A stretch of 64,000 bases of DNA from positions 6,448,001 through 6,512,000 of the forward strand of contig NC_135830.1 in assembly GCF_964213995.1 (NCBI RefSeq). The letters run 5' to 3'. The notes beneath the pieces are model-generated. The model worked only from the letters and a program-made list of their open reading frames with translations, searched no databases and was not told the DNA's origin. This document shows, in pieces, positions 25,615 to 38,055 of this stretch (positions are counted from its first letter, which is position 1; every line of letters begins with the position of its first letter). Source of the DNA: Mustelus asterias. Taxonomy: Eukaryota. The position numbers were made by a program, and so were the translations under genes.

Positions 25615-25968
25615 GGGCGGCACGGTAGCACAGTGGTTAGCACTGCTGCTTCACAGCTCCAGGGACCTGGGTTCGATTCCCGGCTCGGGTCACTGTCTGT
25701 GTGGAGTTTGCACATTCTCCTTGTGTCTGCGTGGGTTTCCTCCGGGTGCTCCGGTTTCCTCCCACAGTCCAAAGATGTGCGGGTTAGGTTGATTGGCTAT
25801 GCTAAAAATTGCCCTTAGTGTCCTGGGATGCGTAGGTTAGAGAGATTAGTGGGTAAATATGTAGGGATATGGGGGTAGGGCCTGGGTGGGATTGTGGTCG
25901 GTGCAGACTCGATGGGCCGAATGGCCTCTTTCTGTGCTGTAGGATTTCTAAGATTCTTCTAAGATTCT
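25615..25968 (+). mobile_element. HE1-type V-SINE, young
   Basis: Complete head, core and tail. Confidence 0.92.
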
Positions 25969-26182
25969 GAAAACTTCATAACTTTTCTTGCAACTAAACT
26001 TCTGCTGAGGGTTCTTGAATTGAGGAGAAAGATCACAGATGGCGATTTTAAAAAGGGACAAAACAGCCCAAAAATCGTGACATCTCCAGATTCTAGCGAG
26101 TTATCGGATTGTTAACATCAGCAGAATCAAACCAGATATTGTCAGACTATCGATCCTGAATGTTTTTAACAGCAGCAAACAG

Positions 26183-26773
26183 TCACTTGTGAATTTGCTG
26201 GTGTCTCAACAGACGTTGTGACTGAGTGAACCCCTCCCCACACACGGAGCAGGTGAACGGTCTCCCCCCGGTGTGAACTCGCCGATGTGACAGCAGTTGG
26301 GATGACCAAGGGAATCCCTTCCCACACACGGAGCAGGTGAACGGCTTCTCCCCAGTGTGAGTGTGTTGGTGTTTATTGAGGTCGGTTGACTGCCTGAAAC
26401 TTTCTCCACAGGTGGTGCACCTGAATGGATCCTCCTTCGTGTGCATTCGGTGGTGTGACTGGATAGCGAATATCTGAGTGAATCCCATCCCACACACAAA
26501 GCAAATGAATGGTTTGGCACCCGTGTGAATCCGCTGGTGTTCAGTGAGAAGGGATGAAGTCTGGAATTTCTCTCCACAGGTTGTGCAGCTGAATGGCTTC
26601 TTCACAGCGTGAAGCCGCTGGTGTAACCGAAGGGCAGATGACTGAGTGAATCTCCTCTCACACACGGAACAGCTGAATGGCTTCTCCCCAGTGTGAACGC
26701 GTCGATGGATTTCCAGCCGGGATGAAGAATTGTATCCTTTACCACAGTCCTCACATTTCCATGATTTCTCCAT
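26183..26773 (-). CDS. Tandem C2H2 zinc-finger protein (gene 4), 7 fingers, 196 aa
   Basis: ACCATGG start MEKSWKC; 7 intact fingers ending HQQIHK*. Confidence 0.88.
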   Translation of the reverse strand: MEKSWKCEDCGKGYNSSSRLEIHRRVHTGEKPFSCSVCERRFTQSSALRLHQRLHAVKKPFSCTTCGEKFQTSSLLTEHQRIHTGAKPFICFVCGMGFTQIFAIQSHHRMHTKEDPFRCTTCGESFRQSTDLNKHQHTHTGEKPFTCSVCGKGFPWSSQLLSHRRVHTGGRPFTCSVCGEGFTQSQRLLRHQQIHK

Positions 26774-27529
26774 GGTGCCAGTTTCCTTGTCCCTCTCCAG
26801 GTTGCAGAATCAGTTGAACACACACAGAGTACGTGTAGTTACTCCCCGCTGCGAGCGGTCTGATGTTTTTACAGGCTGTTTAACGATTTAAAGATCTTTC
26901 ACGGTTAGTGCTCTGCAGCACTCTCATTCCAGGATGTGTTTTGATGCTTTTCCTGTCACACTGATGTTTGAAATGGTCTCACAGACAAACATTGCTCCTT
27001 CCAAATTCAAACACTGATGATGATGGCTGTGGTGAACTGAGTGATTCTGTCAGATCATTCTGTGATGTTCAGTTTGAGCTTACTGTCCATAAATCCACAC
27101 ACTCTAATTTCCTGGAAAAAGGAGTTTACAAAATTTATAAATAGAGAAATTCTGAACAGAATTACATTTTTCATGATACATCTGTCTTTATTTGTGCCTT
27201 GAAAACAGTGACTCCTCATCCCACACACTCTTCCCAGGCTAACTGTCTGTCCCATATTTAACAGGATTAATCTGTATTTGAGTCCACTGTCCCAGGCTTT
27301 CTCATTGCATACAACCCCATCCCTCACTGTTTCCATGTTCCCACAACTCTGGCAGACGCCACTTCCACACAGCCTGACCTCAGTTCTGGCAAGACCCATC
27401 CACCATTCATTTGGACTCCAGGGCAGGCTGTACCATAATTTTCACCATGAGAGTTGATCAGCCTGCTAAATCCATCACACCATCTTCACAATTCCTTTCC
27501 TTACTTGCAGATTCCACCCCCTCCCTCTG

Positions 27530-28050
27530 GGGTGGCACAGTGTTTAGCACTGCTGCCTCACAGCGCCAGGGACCCAGGTTTGATTCCTGGCTTGGGTCAC
27601 TCTCTGTATGGAGTCTGCATGTTCTCCCCATGTCTGTGTGGGTTTCCTCCGGGTGCTCCAGTTTCCTCCCACAGTCCAAAGATGTGCCTCCAATCCATTG
27701 ACTCTGCTACACTTCCTGCTGCCTCGGCAAAGCAGCCAGCATAATTAAGGACCTCATGCATCCCGGACATTCTCTCTTCCATCTTTATCGGTCGGGAAAA
27801 AGATACAGAAGTCTGAGGTCACGTACCAACCGACTCAAGAACAACTTCTTCCCTGCTGTTGTCGGACTTTTGAATGGACTTACCTTGCATTAAGTTGATT
27901 TTTCTCTACACCCTAGCTGTAACTGTAACACTACATTCTGCACCCTCTCATTTCCTTCTCTATGAACGGTATGTTTTGTCTGTATAGTGCGCAAGAAACA
28001 ATACTTTTCACTGTATGATAATACACGTGACAATAATAAATCAAATCAAA
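27530..28050 (+). mobile_element. SINE head (27530-27687) fused to a Rex1/Babar LINE 3' end (27688-28050)
   Basis: HE1 head ends at CCAAAGATGTG, then sequence matching the Rex1 fragment at 34076-34650, with (AATCA)n tail. Confidence 0.72.
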
Positions 28051-28199
28051 GAATGGTGAATGGGTCTTGCCAGAACTGAGGTCAGGCTGTGTGAGGCTGT
28101 CTTCTCCCAGAGTTGTGGGAACATACAAACAGTGAGGGATGGGGTTGTGGTCGGTGCAGACTCACTGGGCCGAATGGTCTCCTTCTACACTGTAGGGAT

Positions 28200-28950
28200 T
28201 CGATGATTTATTGTCCCCCTCCCCCATCCTCTGATGTGAACCATCCTCCAGTGGCTGAGCCAGGATGGGGCCGTTAACCTGGGCCTGTTCCCGGGAGGGA
28301 GGGAGGGAGAAGCCCCGCAGCTGCAAACCAGGGAGCTGACAATGATTCTGAAGGGTTTGTTTCAGCTCACAATGCCCAGGGGTTGATTGACGGCAGCTTG
28401 AACCAATAGGAAGAGGAGGCGGGGCCGCATGACCGAGCGGGAGACGCTGGTCCTCCAACCAATCAGATTCAATCGGGAGCGGGACTGAGCCTGGAACTCC
28501 CTCTGTCTGCGCATGCGCTCCGCCGCAAGCTGTGCCCGTCTCAAGATGGCGGCCGTTCACCCGGGCCTGTCTGAGGGTAAAGCCCGAGCAGCTGTCATCC
28601 GTTTAAATACCGAATCCGAGCTTCGTATGAGGACTTGGGGCCTATACAGCATGTCTTATGAAGCCTCCAAACCAACCCACCCACCGGCTCCGTCTCTCGT
28701 TCCTGATTTATCCGGCGGTACCTCCCGGGCTGATAATTCCCACAACCGCCTCAATCTAGCTGTGAGCGGCACTACGCATGCTCCAGATCACAATGGCGGG
28801 GGGGGGGGGGGGGGGGGGGGGCGCCCGTCATTCACTCGCCTCATTCACTCCCCTCATTCACTCCGATTGGCTGGAGGACCAGGCTGTCCCGCTCAGTCCT
28901 CCAGCCCCGCCCCTCATTCACTCCCATTGTCTGGTCACTGGAGATAAATC
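28200..28950 (-). promoter_or_regulatory. CpG-rich ZNF promoter cassette(s) for gene 4
   Basis: TGCGCATGCGC, CAAGATGGCGGCC, CCAAT/ATTGG, CCCCGCCC; candidate donor GGCCCAG|GTTAAC. Confidence 0.65.
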
Positions 28951-29251
28951 AGCAGGGGAAACAAAACAGGATTTTAACCTCCTGAAGCCAATTCAAGTCT
29001 GAGATGAAGAGGAATTTCTTCTCTCAGGGCGTTGTGAGTCTTTGGAATTCCTTGCCAGAGAGAGCTATGGGAGCAAAATCCTTGTGGTATATTTAAGACT
29101 GAGTTAGATTTTTGATCGGTAATCAGGGGTTATGGGGAAAGGGCAGAAAAGTGGATGTGAGGAATGTTGGGTCAGCCATGATCCTATTGAATGCTGGAGC
29201 AGGCCTGAGGGGCCGATCTGCCTTCTCCTGTTCCTATTTCTTTTTATCTTA

Positions 29252-29549
29252 ATCATGGAATCCTACAGCGCAAAAGGAAGCCTATCAAGTCTGCACCGAC
29301 CACAATCCCACCTAGGCCCTATCCCCATAACCCCATGCATTTACCCTAGTAGTCCCCCTGATACTAAGGGGCAATTTAGCATGGCCAATCCACCTGACCC
29401 GCACATCTTTGGAGTGTGGGAGGAAACTGGAGCACCCGGAGGAAACCCACACAGAGAGAATGTGCAAATGACACATAGACAGTGACCCAAGCTGGGAATT
29501 GAATCCGGGTCCCTGGCACTGAGGCAGCCGTGCTAACCACTGGGCCACC
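29252..29549 (-). mobile_element. HE1-related SINE
   Basis: Head GGTGGCCCAGTGGTTAGCAC and V core. Confidence 0.8.
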
Positions 29550-29849
29550 TGAGGATTCTGAGGTTAATTATAGCAAGCGTGTTGATGTCTACCTGTCGTG
29601 TCAAATTCAGTCTTTGCTGGGATTCCTACCACCATGTTGGCACATTTACTGTTGAAGCCTTTGGGAACATCGTTTTTTTTTCCACAACAAGTCACAGGAT
29701 TAATACTTGTATCTTAATAATGCTCCATAATTCTGAACTAGGGGAGCTGGACTAATGTACGGTCAGTATAACACAAAAGGTTTGGGTTCAATTCTCATTC
29801 CAGCTGAGGTAGACACAGGAGCTGCCCGAGAGTGGGAGGTAATGCAGAG

Positions 29850-30140
29850 TGGCACAATGGTTATCACTGCTGTCTCACAGTGTCAGGGACCCGGGTTCAA
29901 TTCGAGACTTGGGTGACTGTGTGGAGAATGCACATTCCGCCCATTTCTGCGTGGACTTCCTTTCGCTGCTCGGATTTCCTCTGGATGCTCCGATTTCCTC
30001 CCACACTCCAAAGATGTGCACATTAGTTGGATTGGTCATAGTAAACTTCCCCTTAGTGTCCCAAGATGTGTAAGTTAGGGGGATTAGCAAGGTAAATATG
30101 TGGAGATGTGGGTATAGGGCCTGGGTAAGATGTTCTGTCA
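29850..30140 (+). mobile_element. Older HE1-related SINE
   Basis: GGCACAATGGTTATCAC..GGTTCAATTC and V core remnants. Confidence 0.7.
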
Positions 30141-30789
30141 GAGATTTGATTACTGACAAAACCTGCCAAGAAAACAGCTCCAGATGCCACAGAAGCAGCC
30201 AATGAGCCAGTGACGGGATAAATTCTGAGCTACTTGCCATGTGGTGGGTCATTGCTTATTTCGCCTCTTCTATAAACAGCTGAATTTTCACTTTTTCAAC
30301 TTGAAAGAATAAGGTGGAGAAATTGGGATGTTAACTTTTATCATTGTCCATCTGACACCAATGGTCTCCCTTTTCACTGCCCTGATGTGGCACTGAAACA
30401 TCTTGGGTTTGAATAAGAAACTTAACTTTAGGGCACTACTTTTGGCCTCAGTACCTGTGACCTGATAGAATGGCAAGAATGGCCTGGGGTTCCAGTGAAT
30501 TGAGCTGGAATATGTATAACAGGTGGGGGGTATGGATGAGGCTCATCTTAGTGACAAAGAAGTTTCCTGAGCTCCTCACACTTGTCATTGGAGGGGAGGA
30601 TGGAGAATTGGCAAACAAAAGGATGATCTTGTGTATTAAAAAGACACAGTACACTGTGTGTTTAACACAAAGCTTGTTTATTTGACTTTTATACAAAATA
30701 TTAAAACCTATAACTGGGCTGGGGTTTATTTACATCAATGAACATCATTCAGTCCTGGATGTGATTAACAACAAATCCAACTCCTGCAA

Positions 30790-32030
30790 TCACTGATGAA
30801 CTCGCTGGTGTTTCAGTCGGCTGGATGATTGAGAGAATCCCTTCCCACACTGGGAGCAGGTGGAAGGTTTCTCCCCAGTGTGAGTGCGTTGATGTACAAT
30901 GAGATAAGATGGTTGCCTGAACCCAGTCCCACAATAAGAGCATTGGAACGGTTTCTCATCAGTGTGAACACGTCGATGGCGCATCAGTTCCCTTGTACTT
31001 CTATAGCACTTCCCGCAGTCTGGGCATTTGTAAGGTTTCTCATCAGTGTGAACTAACTGGTGCGAAAGCAGGTTGGATGACCAAGCGAATCCTTTTCCAC
31101 ACTGGAAACAGGTGAATGGCCTCTCCCCAGTGTGAACTACCTTGTGTGCCTTGAATGCTGATGACCGAGTGAATCTCTTCCCACACACAGAGCAGATGAA
31201 AGGCCTCTCCCCAGCGTGAACTCGCTGATGTACAGTGAGACGAGATAATTGTTTGAACCTAGTCTCACAGTGAGAGCACCTGAATGGTCTCTTATCAGTG
31301 TGAACACGTTGATGGCGCCTCAGTTCCCAGGAACTTCTATAACATTTTGTGCAGTCGGGACATTTAAAAGGTCTCTCCCCAGTGTGAACTCGGTGGTGTG
31401 TCAGCAATTTAGATAACTGAGTGAATCTTTTCCCACACTCGGAGCAGGCGAATGTCCTCTGCCCAATGTGAACTCGCTTGTGTTCCATGAGGTGGGATGT
31501 CTGAGTGAATCTCTTCCCCACTCAGAGCAGAGGAACAACTTCTCCCTGGTGTGAACTCGCTGGTGTGCAGTGTGGTCAGATGATTGCCTGATCCTAGTCT
31601 CACAGTGAGAGCACCTGAACAGTCTCTCCTCAGTGTGAACTCATTGCTGAATATCACTTCCTGGGAATTTTTATAGTTCTTCTCATAGTCTGGGCATTTA
31701 AAAAATCACTCCCGAGTGTGAACTCATTTGTGTGTCTTAAGGTGGGATGACTGAGTGAATCCCTTTGCACCATCTGGAGAATTTGCACCATCTGCCCCCA
31801 GTATGAATATGTCAGTGAGCCAACAGGTTGGATAATGGAGTGAAACCAGTCCAACACACAGAGCAGGTGAATGGCCGCTCCTTGGTGTGACTGTGTTATG
31901 AGTTTCCAGTTCACATGGAGAACCAAATCCCTCCTCAGAGTCCTCACTATTCCATGGTTTCTCCCCAGTATATTTACATTTGGAGCTCCTGAGGCCAAAT
32001 GATCAACTGAAGCCTCGTCCACACAGAGAA
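30790..32030 (-). pseudogene. ZNF gene 5: decayed 5' fingers; 8 intact 3' fingers remain open from an internal ATG at 31488
   Basis: Paralog of gene 8 whose start AACATGGAAGGA has become AACATTGAAGGA; frameshifts/stops 31520-32030; ORF 30790..31488 (MEHKRVH...) intact. Confidence 0.75.
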
Positions 32031-33354
32031 TGGTTTCATCCACTGTGAACAATGCTTTTTCCTTCAATGTTTAAAATCCGAATGATAACCAGGTTACCAT
32101 TAACTGGGCAGCTCCATCAGATCCTGCTGTGATGTTTGCCTTGTATTTCTCAACTGCAAATCCTCCTCTTCGAACACCCTGTGAAATTGATGTAAAACAG
32201 AAAAAGGGAGTGAGAGAGAACCCAGAAAAAAAGGCAGGTTGTGAAATTGAGCAGAATGAATCTGGTATTTGTTGGGCTGGCACGAGGAAAAAGTGACCAT
32301 GAAAACTACTAGATTGTCATAAAAACTCAACTGGTTCACTCATGTCCTTCAGGGAAGGGAACCTGTGACCCGGTCTGGGTCTAAACAAAATTATGGCCTC
32401 TATGGGAGGAGAGAGAGAAGTAGCTGCAAAGGGGAGTGACTTTACACATCTATATCACAACCAGAACTTTAACAGAGTATCCCAAGCCCTCAACCTCCAC
32501 CATCTGGAAGGACCAGAGTAGCAAGTGTATGTGAACATCATCAACACCAGGTTCCCCTCCAAGTCACACACCATCCTGACTTGTCTGATACCCAATACTG
32601 GATGAACAGAAGATGAGTCTAAAAAACTTCACTCTCCAGCCACTGACTCCAATCCTCTCCCAAACAACTCTCTAAAACTGAACCAGGCTGTTCACACCCT
32701 CAGTGTCACGTTTCACCCCAAGCTGAGCTTCCAACCACACAACCATGTCATCACCCAGACCACCTATTCATTTCCACCCAATTCCATCCCAATCCCAGCT
32801 CATCTGCTCCTGAAACTCTCTCCATTCCATTGTTGCCTCCAGACTTTATTATCCGAATGCACTCCAAGCCGACCCTCCGCATTCCTGTTCCCCATATTCT
32901 CCAGGTGATTGTACACTCTGCTGCCCATGTCCCGACTCACATCAAATCTTGTTCACCTACCACCCGCTGTGCTCACTTACTGACAAAGTTTGGTTTCTGT
33001 TTAAGAAATACCAAAGTTTTCAAATTTTCGTCATTGTTTCCAAATCTATTCACAGTTGCGATCACTGCTATCTCTGTAATCTCCTTCAGCCACATAACGC
33101 TCCAAGATCTCTGTGTTCATCTAATTCCGGCATCTTCAGCACCCCTGATTTTAATCACTCCACCAAAGCTGACCATTCTTTCTTGCCTCCACTCCAAGCT
33201 CTGGAATTTTCACCTTTTAAGCTCTCCATCTCTCGACCCCACTTTCCTCCTTTAAAACACTTCTTAAAACCTCCCTCTTTGATCAAGCTTCAGGTCACCT
33301 GCTCAAATATCTCCTTTTGTCGCTTGATATTTCTGTAACACTTTCTGCACTGCT

Positions 33355-33790
33355 GGAACAAGATGGCGGCTGATATTCTGGGCCTGTTCCCGGGAAAAAG
33401 CCGCAGTGCTGACATTACGGGCCCCCGGAGTCATTATGGGGCCTTGCGACCTCCAGTGCGTGTTTGTAAATCTTCCGCTCCCTCCCCACCCTGACTCCCA
33501 GCTCCATTCCTCCCTCCCCACCCCGACCCCCGGCTCCATTCCTCCCTCCCCACCCTGACTCCCAGCTCCATTCCTCCCTCCCCACCCCGACCCCCGGCTC
33601 CATTCCTCCCTCCGCCCCACTGACTCTCACCCGCTGAAAGAAGCGTCTCCCGCACTCGCAATGCTCCGAGCAAAGTGACAGTGCGCATGCTCCAGATACA
33701 GCACCACGACTGCGCACTGGCCTCCTGTGGACTGAATTGGGCACTTTCACACCCGCAGCGAATGCTGGGTACCTACAGCGCCATTGCACA
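33355..33790 (-). promoter_or_regulatory. CpG-rich ZNF promoter cassette (gene 5)
   Basis: CAAGATGGCGGC (YY1), TGCGCATGCTC; homologous to 24420-24790. Confidence 0.6.
33478..33630. repeat. 32-bp C-rich tandem repeat, ~4.7 copies
   Basis: Unit CTCCCTCCCCACCC(T/C)GAC(T/C)CCC(A/G)GCTCCATTC. Confidence 0.85.
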
Positions 33791-34075
33791 GTGAAACAGG
33801 GAATATGAAATAATTTTGCTCCCCAATTGAGATACATTAATTCTTTTGAATAGATGCTCTATGTTTCATTTCTCAAAGGGATTTAAACCCCTACTCTCCT
33901 CTGCAACTAAGTAGAGGTTTCTAAACTTTTCCAACTGCACATTAACGTCCCTCCACTCACCACTCCGCCCCTGACCATACCCTGACTGGCTTCGATTCCA
34001 GAATCAACAGTTTCTTTCTCGTGCCAGAGTACATGAGTTTTCCAGTTGATAGTTCTCAAACACACTTGCTCCTAT

Positions 34076-34650
34076 AGTTAAGAAAGCCGATCAACGCCTC
34101 TACTTTCTCAGAAGACTAAGGGAATTTGGCATGTCAGCTATGACTCTTACCAACTTTTACAGATGCACCATAGAAAGCATTCTTCCCGGTTGTATCACAG
34201 CTTGGTATGGCTCCTGCTCTGCCCAAGACTGCACGGAACAACAAAAGGTCGTGACTGTAGCCCAATACATCACGCAAACCAGCTTCCCATCCATTGACTC
34301 CATCTATATACTTCCCGCTGCCTCGGCAAAGCAGCCAGCATAATTAAGGACCCCATGCACCCTGGACATTCTCTCTTCCACCTTCTTCCATCAGGAAAAA
34401 GATACAAAAGTCTGAGGTCACGTACCAACTGACTCAAGAATAGCTTCTTCCCTGCTGCTGTCTGACTTTTGAATGGACTTACTTGCATTCAGTTGATCTT
34501 TATCTACACCCTAGCTATGACTGTAACACTACGTTTTGCACTCTCTAATTTCCTTCTCTATGAACGGTATGGTTTGTCTGTACAGTGCGCAAGAAACAAT
34601 ACTTTTCACTGTATGTTGATACATGTGACAATAATAAATCAAATCAAAAT
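34076..34650 (+). mobile_element. Rex1/Babar-clade LINE 3' fragment
   Basis: KKADQRLYFLRRL..FG...LTNFYRCTIESIL..CITAWYG is the Rex1-type RT C-terminus; (AATCA)n tail. Another tail at ~36927-37090 (-). Confidence 0.82.
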
Positions 34651-34749
34651 CAATTGTCCAAATATTAAGGGTTCATTTGGTTACTTAAGCACACAGAGTA
34701 TCATTTAGTGCTTAATGCAATAATTCTGCACATCCTAGATGACTCTGGA

Positions 34750-35030
34750 GAAACAACACTGAAAAAAGCTGTCATGAAGGGAGCTGATGATCTGTTCAGT
34801 GTCAATGACTGGATCACTGCCTCGCCTGGTGTCGAAATGACCATTCATATCCCTCCTTTTCAAAACCCTGTTCACAGCCCATTTCAGTTCATGATTGGTC
34901 GGCCAATCCAGATTGTGCTTTCCACCAGGGTCCCACTCCCCATTGCTGCACAACGGACCCATGACCAGTTTCTACAAAAACTCCAACAAACCATAGCACC
35001 CTCCCTGCTACAGGCAGTAGAGAAGATCGG
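34750..35030 (+). mobile_element. Possible LTR-retroelement integrase remnant
   Basis: TLKKAVMK...DWITASPGVEMTI..P...HSPFQFMIGRP resembles the W..LP.V...R.TP....SPF....GRP end of the integrase core. Confidence 0.45.
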
Positions 35031-35574
35031 TACTGCCCCTGAACCACCAAGAACATTACATTACTTCATCACCTATTGAACATTTAAAGTTGAAAGCATT
35101 GATGAAAGAAGTGGGACTGAGAAGTTAATTGTAAAGGTCCATATGATGTTCTGGGTTGAAATGAAGGAGGAACATAATATCTATGTTACCACGGGGATCA
35201 GTGTGAAATGTACAAAATGAAAAGGTCAGATAACTAGATGGAAGATAAACGCTATGTTTGATTTTATTCAACAGGGACAAGATGTTGATGGTCATTATAC
35301 TCCTGGACTGTGTCCAGGCTGAAGTTCTGTTCCTGCTGTATGATCTTCCCCTGGATTGTCCTTGAGGTCCAGACAGGTGATGTTAAACACTTAGGTGGGA
35401 AAAACAAAATCTACAACAATGTGTTTAAACCAAAGTTAATTAATGTGAGATATATCCAGAATATTAAACTTCAGTTCAATTATTATCAGCAGAAAAAACA
35501 ACAGCCAGAATGGACATGGTTCAGTCCCGAATGTGATTAACAGCAGCAATAACGACAGAATCCAACTCCTTGAG

Positions 35575-36247
35575 TCACTTGTGAACACGCTGGTGTCTAA
35601 CCAGGTTGTTTGACTGAGCAAATCCCTTCCCACAGACACAGCAGGTAAACACCCTCTCCCCAGTGTGAACTCGCTGGTGTCTCAGAAAGTTGGATGAATT
35701 GGTGAATCTCTTCCCACATTCGGAGCAGGTGAATGGCCTCTCCCCAGTGTGTGTACGTTGGTGTGACAGCACTTCACGCCTGCTTTTAAAGCTCTTCTCA
35801 CAGTCAGAACATTTAAAAGGTCTATTGTTAGTGTGAACAAGTTGGTGTGCAGTGAGGAGCGTTGACCGAGTGAATCTCTTACGACAGATGGAGCAGGTGA
35901 ATGGTCTCGCCCCAGTGTGAGCTTGCTGGTGTGTCAGAAGATCAGATGAATTTGTAAAACATTTCCCACAAACAGAGCAGGTGAACGGTCTCTCCCGTGT
36001 GAACTCGCTTGTGTATCAGCAGGTGGGATGACCGAGTGTATCCCTTTCCACACTCAGAGCAGATAAATGGTCTCTCCCCTGTGTGAATTCGCTGGTGTGC
36101 CAGAAAGTCAGATGAATTTGTGAATCCCTTCCCACACCGAGAACAAGTGAATGGTCTCTCCCCAGTGTGACTGCGTTGATGAATTTGCAGTGTGGATGGG
36201 TAACAGAATCCCTCCCCACAGTCCCTACATTCCCACGGTTTATCCAT
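35575..36247 (-). pseudogene. ZNF gene 6, 8 fingers, single 2-bp frameshift in linker 3
   Basis: CACACGGGAGAGACC vs normal CACACTGGGGAGAGACC at ~35996; restoring 2 nt gives a clean 224-aa ORF MDKPWEC...HQRVHK. Confidence 0.8.
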
Positions 36248-37445
36248 GGTTAAGATGTCTTTGTTTCTCTCCAAGATGGATGATCACTTTGATTCTTGTT
36301 TACCTACAGAACACGTGTACAATCTCTCCCCACTGTGAATGGTGCGATGGTTTTTCAGGCTGTGTAACTGGTTAAAACTCTTTCCACAGTCAGTTCACTG
36401 GAACACTCTCACTCGGGTGTGTGTATTTTTCTAGTCACACTGATGTTTGAAATCTTTTCCCACAGACAGAACAAACGTTTCTCCTTCCACATTCAAAGGT
36501 CAAAGATATTCAGATCCTGATGAATCGAGTGAATTTGTCAGATATTGACGTGTTTTCCGACTGCAACTTCCTGTCGAAAAAGGTGTGTAAAAAAGCTGTC
36601 AATGTAAGGACAGGAGAACATTCCGAACAAATATTTCTCTTGCTTTGCGTTTGCTATATGTAAATCCTCCCCTTCTCGCCCTCTGTAAAAGGAGTTTCCA
36701 AAATCCATCACTGTCAGTCCAGAATACAAACTCTGAATTTCGTTATCTGAAGGGGACAAATGAACTGAGTTGCAGGGAGGAGACAGGGGAATAGCTCTCC
36801 ATGAATTGCTCATTCCAAGAGTCAGCACAGACACATGGGCCAAATGGCCTCTTTCTGTGCTGTAACAATTCTGGGAAATTCACAACATTCCCTCCTCCCG
36901 GTTCCTAGCCCAGGATGATGACACATTGATTTGATTTTTTGTCACATGTGAAAAGTATTGTTTCTTGCGCGCTGTGCAGACAAAACATACCGTTCATAGA
37001 GTACATAAGGGAGAAGGAAAGGAAAGGGTGCAGATTATAGTGTTTCAGTCAGAGCGAAGGTGCAGTGAAAAGTCAGATTAATATGTGCACACGTGACCAG
37101 CTGCTCATGGCCCCCTATGAGGATGGCAGCTGTTAACCTGGGCCCATCACCTGGGCAATGCCCAGAGCTGCCAACCCAAATGGGGAAAATGTGGATTTGG
37201 GATTTGCAGCCTGAGGGGAGTGTTTGTGAATCTTCCTCGCCCACACACTGACTCTCCTCCATCCCACAACTGATTGTGCAAGAAATCATTTGGTTTTTAA
37301 ACTGGGATGTTAACAGGAGGGAAAGCTGAGGAAGTCCCTTCAGAGACAGGAAGTGTCTGAACCCTTTCTCAGTGTGACTGTCCGACTGTGTCACTGAATG
37401 GGACGAGCCAGTTCATCCTTTTCCTCATGCAGCTGGTGAACTCTC

Positions 37446-37866
37446 CGAGTCGCTGAGCAGAAACTGATAGCCAAGTTCCGCACACATGAGGACGGCCTAA
37501 ACCAGGATGTTGGATTTATGTCACATTATCAGTAACCCCCACAGTTTGCCTCCTGGACTTGCGGGCTGTCCTGTCTGGAGACAATGCACATCTCTTTAAC
37601 CTGTGCTTAATGCTCCCTCCACCCACATTGTCTGTATCTTTAAGATCTGGTTGGCTGTAGGGATTCGCATTCTAATCAGTATTCTGTAACTTGATTTTGT
37701 GTCTCTGTGCCCTGTTTGAGAGCACATTTCCACTCCATCTGACGAAGGAGCAGCGCTCCGAAAGCTAATGGTATTTGCTACCAAATAAACCTTTTGGACT
37801 TTAACCTGGTGTTGTTAAAACTCTTACTGTGTTCACCCCAGTCCAACGCCGGCATCTCCACATCAT
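37446..37866 (+). mobile_element. Penelope-like element 3' end (GIY-YIG endonuclease C-terminus plus pseudo-LTR)
   Basis: 37446-37535 reads RVAEQKLIAKFRTHEDGLNQDVGFMSHYQ*, the E..LI..F.T...GLN.D motif of PLE endonucleases; followed by a hammerhead and AATAAA. Confidence 0.85.
37735..37771 (+). ncRNA. Minimal type I hammerhead ribozyme motif
   Basis: CCAU-CUGACGA-A-GGAGC(AGC)GCUCC-GAAA-GC-UA-AUGG: stem I CCAU/AUGG, stem II GGAGC/GCUCC. Confidence 0.75.
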
Positions 37867-38055
37867 GATATAAACCCCACAGTCACTGACACCAATCTCC
37901 TCCTGTCTGATATAAACCCCACACTGACACCAATCTCCTCCTGTCTGATATAAACCCCACACTGACACCAATCTCCTCCTGTCTGATATAAACCCCACAC
38001 TGACACCAATCTCCTGCTGACTGATGTAAACTCCACAGTCACTGACACCAATCCC
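37866..38055. repeat. 38-bp minisatellite, ~5 copies
   Basis: Unit TGATATAAACCCCACACTGACACCAATCTCCTCCTGTC, starting at the Penelope 3' end. Confidence 0.88.
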
